From Oligoflexales bacterium (GTDB lineage: Bacteria; Bdellovibrionota_B; Oligoflexia; Oligoflexales; CAIYRB01), in the NCBI GenBank assembly GCA_041736175.1, contig JBGSUI010000246.1:44990-108989 (forward strand): a DNA stretch of 64,000 bases, written 5' to 3'. Made by a program: the position numbers and the translations under genes. Shown here one piece after another: positions 59,037-64,000 of this stretch (position 1 is the stretch's first letter; the number at the start of each line of letters is the position of its first letter). The notes beneath the pieces are model-generated. The model made no database searches, had not been told where the DNA came from, and saw only the letters and a list, made by a program, of their open reading frames with translations.

Positions 59037-61258
59037 GTGGTCGCAAAGAGGTGGAATGCCCTCAATCCAGAGAGTAGCAAGTGGGCATCATGGAATCGAT
59101 TCCGTTGGCCTAACCACTCTTCCAAGTCTACCCAATCGAGGGGGGCTTTTGAGGAAAACATTTCTTCTACAATCGCTAGAAAAGGGGTGACCCGCTCAGG
59201 AGTGATCCCAGGGGAAGGGGCATAGCTTCCGCCGAGGCGAATTGGATGGTGGGCCTTCACACCATGGTCATTTAAAAGTTTATGTCGGATTTCCCGAAGG
59301 GCATCATCCATGGTAAAAATATCATGTCCTAGACGCCAGGCCGGGACGCTATAGAGGACTGATGCATCTTTAAGACGTTGGCTGGTAGGGCAGTTTTTTT
59401 TCTCGAGGCCCAAGTAAAGTTTGTTGCCTTGCTTGGCGAAGGGTAGGATCGAGCAGGTAAACCGAGAGGTCTGTCGAGGCACCATATATTCAAAGTCAAC
59501 GGACCGAATCACTCGATTTGTAGCGTCTTTTTCTACAAAAGTCGCTTTGAGAGCCTTTAAATACTCAAAATAATCGTATGAAGGAAGTTTCTTAAAACGC
59601 TCTCCCTGGTCTTCGAAAAGTCTGTCTATTTTCTTAGGAATGACATGACAAGATTTCAGAATGGAAAGATCACAGTCATCCCCAATCCAGGGATCCAGTT
59701 CAATTCTATGCCGAAGCATAAGATCGTAAATAGCGATATTAAGGCGCCCATCTAAAAGTCCACCAATCTGATAGCTTCTTAAAAGTTGCGTCGCACTCAG
59801 CGCATCAATCGTCCCGTGCTCCGTAAAATCTGGTTTATAATTCACGCTCATATGACTCAAAGCTTCGGGGTTGATCTCAATATAAAAGCTTTGGATAATT
59901 TCATCGATTCCACCAGAAGAAGGCAGGTAGGTGAGTCCTGGTTCGACAGAAATGATATGGCTTTTGGAGAGATTGATCCTTTCTTTCAAGATTTCGGAGA
60001 CCTCTTGGGCCTGGGGTGTATCCCATAAGGCGCTTATAGGCTCAACGACATAACCAGAGGTCAATGTATCATCAATCGGTGAGGGGACATCAGCCATGCT
60101 GTTTAGGATGGGGCGGGGATAGCCTCGGCGGAGCAAAACCTTGATCCCTTCGTGGTCTTTGTACCAAGGGATCAAATCAACAACCCGCTGGGGTCGATGG
60201 CATAGTTCAACTTTTTGTTGAGTTGATTCTAAGACATGGCATTCAAGGGAGAGGTATTCTGGAGCATGAACTTCGTCAAAATGGGCCTCCACGAGTTCTA
60301 CCGGTTGGTGGGGGGCTACTTTTTGGCCAATGATGAGATAATTTGTAGCAGGCCACGGTAGGGGGTGTTTGGTGTGGAGGTGAAGCAGTCTGATTTTGCC
60401 TTCAAATCTATTTTTGATGATCCAAGGGTTATAAAGAGAAGTCGAGACTAATATTTTATAGCCTCGGCTTTTTAGCTCCGTTTCAAATTGCTTCTTGGTG
60501 AAATAGGTATATTCCTCAAGGATTTCTGTATCCCAGTCGGCGCGGTAGTCTTTACGAAGGATAAATTCTAAAGCGGTTCTAAAGTCGACAACTGCACGGA
60601 ACAGCCGTTTTTTTTCCGACTGACTAAGGGTGTCAGACGCATCAGACCAGGGAACAGGACCCTTGGGGTATAAGCTGCTTTTAAACTCTTGGACAAACTT
60701 AAGAAAAAGATCCGCGGTTGACCAGGTTTCCAGTTGGTTTGAGTCTTTCGTTGACCCACCATCGTCGGTCTTAAGTTCCAAAATCACCGGGCCTTGGTAC
60801 TCTGGGACCAAAAAGTCTCGGATGGCCAAAAGACCACCAGGTTTTAGTTGGGCGGTCTGGGCGTCCAGGAGCCGTGTAATGTGAGTCGTATCAAACTGAT
60901 TAAAACTAGTCACATGGTGGAGAACCGAAGAGTTAAAAATCCCATCGAGAGTTTCAGGCTCAAAGATTTTTTGACTGATGTCCCCCAATTGAAAACTCAA
61001 ATTTTCGACAGTATGATGCTTGTTTGCAAACTCGATCGCCTGGGGGCTGATATCCACGCCGATAATGTGAGCCTGTGGAAAGAGCCTGGCAAGATCGTAG
61101 CTGCCTTGGCCAGAGCCGCACCCCATGTCCGCGAGACGCCCATGGGTCGGAAAATAGGAGGATATAAGAGCAACTTTTTGGCGCATGGACTTGTCCATAC
61201 CTCGGTAATACTGCTCATAGGACTGAGTTTGGCCTCGATGCTGTCGCTCGTATCCCAT
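59033..61258 (-). CDS. Class I SAM-dependent methyltransferase fused to two degenerate Nudix-like domains
   Basis: LADMGCGSG, GVDIS, SSVLHH and LKPGG motifs. Two ADP-ribose-pyrophosphatase-like loops, YLPSSGGIDE and YAPSPGITPE. AAGGGAG RBS before 61258. Confidence 0.8.
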   Translation of the reverse strand: MGYERQHRGQTQSYEQYYRGMDKSMRQKVALISSYFPTHGRLADMGCGSGQGSYDLARLFPQAHIIGVDISPQAIEFANKHHTVENLSFQLGDISQKIFEPETLDGIFNSSVLHHVTSFNQFDTTHITRLLDAQTAQLKPGGLLAIRDFLVPEYQGPVILELKTDDGGSTKDSNQLETWSTADLFLKFVQEFKSSLYPKGPVPWSDASDTLSQSEKKRLFRAVVDFRTALEFILRKDYRADWDTEILEEYTYFTKKQFETELKSRGYKILVSTSLYNPWIIKNRFEGKIRLLHLHTKHPLPWPATNYLIIGQKVAPHQPVELVEAHFDEVHAPEYLSLECHVLESTQQKVELCHRPQRVVDLIPWYKDHEGIKVLLRRGYPRPILNSMADVPSPIDDTLTSGYVVEPISALWDTPQAQEVSEILKERINLSKSHIISVEPGLTYLPSSGGIDEIIQSFYIEINPEALSHMSVNYKPDFTEHGTIDALSATQLLRSYQIGGLLDGRLNIAIYDLMLRHRIELDPWIGDDCDLSILKSCHVIPKKIDRLFEDQGERFKKLPSYDYFEYLKALKATFVEKDATNRVIRSVDFEYMVPRQTSRFTCSILPFAKQGNKLYLGLEKKNCPTSQRLKDASVLYSVPAWRLGHDIFTMDDALREIRHKLLNDHGVKAHHPIRLGGSYAPSPGITPERVTPFLAIVEEMFSSKAPLDWVDLEEWLGQRNRFHDAHLLLSGLRAFHLFATT

Positions 61259-61402
61259 ATCTTCTCCCTTCGGCTGCTTGGCCCAAGAACCTGTTACCCA
61301 CAGTCCCCATGCTAACATCTAGAATACTATAGGGCCTACAATTTTGGTAACCGAGCACCTTTTATAGGTCAAGAGCACGTGACGATCTCTGTAGGCTGGT
61401 GC

Positions 61403-62203
61403 CTAGCTGGACGCCGACGAATAGGCTCTCAGTCCTTTTTGCCAGCCTATTCTTAATATCACCGAAAAAAGCACCATCATGACTAAGAGATGAATAAGCG
61501 AACCCTGCCAGTCCCGATCAAGAAAAAGACGAGCGGGAAACGATGCAATAAGGCTATAGGGGAGCACCGTGGATAGGGTCTTGCGGGTCCATCCCGTAAA
61601 AATCCCGTCGGGACGTTCTGAGAGAATCAGGGCATTGTAAAAAAGTCCCCGCAACCCCTCGACTGAATGGGTCCAAAAAACCGGTAAGGTCACCAGGACC
61701 TGAAAGGCCCAGAGGAAAAAACTCCCTAATAGGATCCCCAACACCAGAAACCCAACAGATGACTCGTGATGGTACACTCCAAGATGATTTGGTAATCGCA
61801 AGACCGCCCAGACGAGGATGCCAAGTGCCATCATCAGATTGAGCACCGAGGCTAAATTGATCTCTCGAAAGGTCAAAAAGAACAGCGTCGATACCGGCCT
61901 AAGCAAGTAATAGTCTAGTTCACCCTTATTGACTATTTTAGGAAAATTCCACATTCCAGATGAGATAAAGATCATGTTGATCGCATCGACCACAAAATAG
62001 ACCGACATAAAGACCATGACCTGGGCTTCATTCCACCCACCAAGCTCGTCACTGTGCAAAAAGATCACTTTAAAGATGCCAAAATTAGCGGCATAAAAGC
62101 AGGTATCCATCACAACTCGGGTGACAAAATCAAGCCGGAAACTCACCAGCCTTGCAAAAGCAAACTGCACAAAATAAAAATAGAGCCGAAGGTATCTAAG
62201 CAT
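61403..62203 (-). CDS. ABC-2 family (DUF990-like) permease
   Basis: GGWNEAQ, GELDYYLLRPV and GLRAYSSASS motifs. GGAGGAG RBS before 62203. Confidence 0.9.
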   Translation of the reverse strand: MLRYLRLYFYFVQFAFARLVSFRLDFVTRVVMDTCFYAANFGIFKVIFLHSDELGGWNEAQVMVFMSVYFVVDAINMIFISSGMWNFPKIVNKGELDYYLLRPVSTLFFLTFREINLASVLNLMMALGILVWAVLRLPNHLGVYHHESSVGFLVLGILLGSFFLWAFQVLVTLPVFWTHSVEGLRGLFYNALILSERPDGIFTGWTRKTLSTVLPYSLIASFPARLFLDRDWQGSLIHLLVMMVLFSVILRIGWQKGLRAYSSASS

Positions 62204-62226
62204 AACTCCTCCGAATGAATCCGAGA

Positions 62227-63039
62227 CTACTGGCCAACACCGGAGTATTGTTTTTTGCCACAATTCCAGACCAGCAGAAAAACGGCCAACAATGCTATAA
62301 ACCAACCCAGATAGACTGCAATCAACTCCATGGAAAGCCACCCCTTAGGGTCACCTAAAGCAATCTGCATAGGTATCCCAGCCAAAAAAGGAAACGGTGA
62401 CTTTAGCAGGAGGTCTGCCGCCCAGGGCGGATAAAATTCTAAAGGGATCGCCAGTCCGCTGGAAAAATAAATAAGAAATCGAAGCATCACGATAAGGTTC
62501 CACACCTGATCATGCCAAAAGCTTACCATCTCCAGGATTCCAGCGAGAAAGAAATAAAGAATATTTCCCGCAAACGCAGCAACGAGTGCCCACAAAAAGC
62601 GGTCCCCATGGGCCAACTCCGCTATTTCGCTTCCTGCCAACCACTTTATCACCAGCCAAACCATAAGACACTGTCCCATGGCCAAAATCCCCTGGGCCAA
62701 AAATCCAAGATATTTGACTAAACCATAGGGGACAGGAAAGACTAAGTACCGGTTGAGGGAGCCAGAAAAAATATCCAGTTGGATCCCGACAAATTCGCTA
62801 CCAATCGACACGCGATTAATCATGGGGGCGAGCGCGCTGTAAAAAACCATCATTGAAAAAGAATATCCATTGATGGTCGTGACTCCTCGGCTTTGGTAGA
62901 CAGCCTCCCAAACAAAATAGGAGGCTAAAAACATCGAACCACCACGCCCCAAGAAGTTGAGCCAAAAATCCGTGCGGTAACTCATAACCACTGCTAATTC
63001 GGTGAGCACGACCCTAAACCCCCACCAAATCTGAATCAT
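62227..63039 (-). CDS. ABC-2 family (DUF990-like) permease
   Basis: INGYS, DIFSGSLNRYLVFPV, SGLAIPLEFYP and QYSGVG motifs. Confidence 0.9.
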   Translation of the reverse strand: MIQIWWGFRVVLTELAVVMSYRTDFWLNFLGRGGSMFLASYFVWEAVYQSRGVTTINGYSFSMMVFYSALAPMINRVSIGSEFVGIQLDIFSGSLNRYLVFPVPYGLVKYLGFLAQGILAMGQCLMVWLVIKWLAGSEIAELAHGDRFLWALVAAFAGNILYFFLAGILEMVSFWHDQVWNLIVMLRFLIYFSSGLAIPLEFYPPWAADLLLKSPFPFLAGIPMQIALGDPKGWLSMELIAVYLGWFIALLAVFLLVWNCGKKQYSGVGQ

Positions 63040-63862
63040 AGGAAATTCCTTATTGGTTCGGTCCCCTTGGCCATAATCGCTTCGATCAGATCAGCGATAT
63101 CCTCTTCGACCGTCGTGAGATCTTGGATCGGCATCAGCTCAAAAAGTCTTGGCAACACCTGAGCCAGTAGATTTTTTTTCACCTTGAGCCGCACACTCCC
63201 CTCTTGATTTTCCAGGATTTGAAGATCTTTGTTAGAGATATCAGGGAAAGCTCCTTTCAAAATGAGGTCCAAATCTGAGACTGGCTTTTCTAGCTGAATC
63301 TTCACCATTTTTGATGCTGCCAAGGTTTCTTGGATTTTTTTGAGGGGTCCATCGTAGACTTTTTTACCTTGTTTGATGATCACGATACGTTCACAAAGAG
63401 ACTGGATATCTTCCATATAGTGGGATGTCAGAATGATAATCGGGTTAAACTTTTTTTTATATTCCAACAGAAATTTACGGATGACTTTTTGGCCGGTAAA
63501 ATCTAAACCAATCGTAGGTTCGTCCAGATAGATGACTTTAGGTCTGTGAAGGAGCGCTCCCACAAGCTCCATTTTCATCCGTTCCCCTAAACTGAGCCGT
63601 CTTAAAGGGGTCCGTAGATAGGACTGAGCATCCAAAATCCCGAGGAGGTATGCTAGATCGGTGTTATATTGCTCCAGGGGAATTTGATAGATTTCCCGCA
63701 GTAAAATAAACGAATCTTCTGCCGGGAGGTCCCACCATAGCTGGGCTTTTTGTCCCATCACCAGGGCAAGCTGCCGCCTAAATTCGGGAGATCTCTTCCA
63801 CGGATCGTATCCAAGCACCGAGATTTTACCGGATGTGGGTGCGATAATCCCAGAGAGACACT
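63036..63862 (-). pseudogene. ABC exporter ATP-binding subunit, interrupted just after the Walker A position
   Basis: Has the Q-loop, signature LSLGERMK, Walker B YLDEPT and the H-loop. Reading upstream gives CLSGIIAPTSG preceded by unrelated GPFWTPQ and an in-frame TGA; Walker A is absent. Confidence 0.75.
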
Positions 63863-64000
63863 GGGGTGTCCAAAAAGGCCCTCATGCTATAACCAAGTTT
63901 TGGAGCCTCGAATGATTAACGCTCTGCATAAGGGCTTTTTTTAGCGGGAAAGTCTTCATTTTGGAATTCATTTGATGCTGATTTTTGAGGCCCAATTGAT
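63863..64000. mobile_element. Probable end of an insertion sequence
   Basis: Abrupt junction in the ABC gene, followed by GGGGTGTCCAAAAAG (terminal-IR-like) and non-coding AT-rich sequence. No transposase within the window. Confidence 0.45.

Overview
64 kb of ordinary bacterial chromosome, most likely from a Bdellovibrionota/Oligoflexia-like organism. This is inferred from the many hypothetical lipoproteins, a tail-fibre adhesin with a peptidase S74 chaperone domain, a vWA lipoprotein, a STAS-Zn-ribbon protein, an orphan fliG and sigma-28-like promoters. Housekeeping genes include an RluA-family fragment, lipA, an LpxL-like acyltransferase, a GcdH-like dehydrogenase, mtnA, three tRNAs, groL, fliG, rlmN, kynA, pnuC/nadR-like genes and an ABC-2 exporter. 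They alternate with accessory genes. Most notable: (1) a six-gene, apparently translationally coupled operon encoding a MoxR-like AAA+ ATPase, an HExxH-vWA protein, three unknown proteins and a PaaK-like adenylate-forming ligase; (2) an HNH nuclease gene with a family of CCCGG-centred palindromes inside and around it; (3) a 1.27 kb DUF4160/BrnA-like toxin-antitoxin islet flanked by a 131-bp duplication of a gene 3' end; (4) a seven-repeat RCC1 protein with hypervariable positions, next to an F-box-like lipoprotein; (5) a protein combining several AT-hooks with two HTH-like modules; (6) a methyltransferase fused to two Nudix-like domains, facing pnuC-nadR; (7) an ABC ATPase gene broken near the window end, probably by an IS. 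No CRISPR array, rRNA gene, integrase or reverse transcriptase was seen. All family assignments come from reading motifs by eye, not from database searches.
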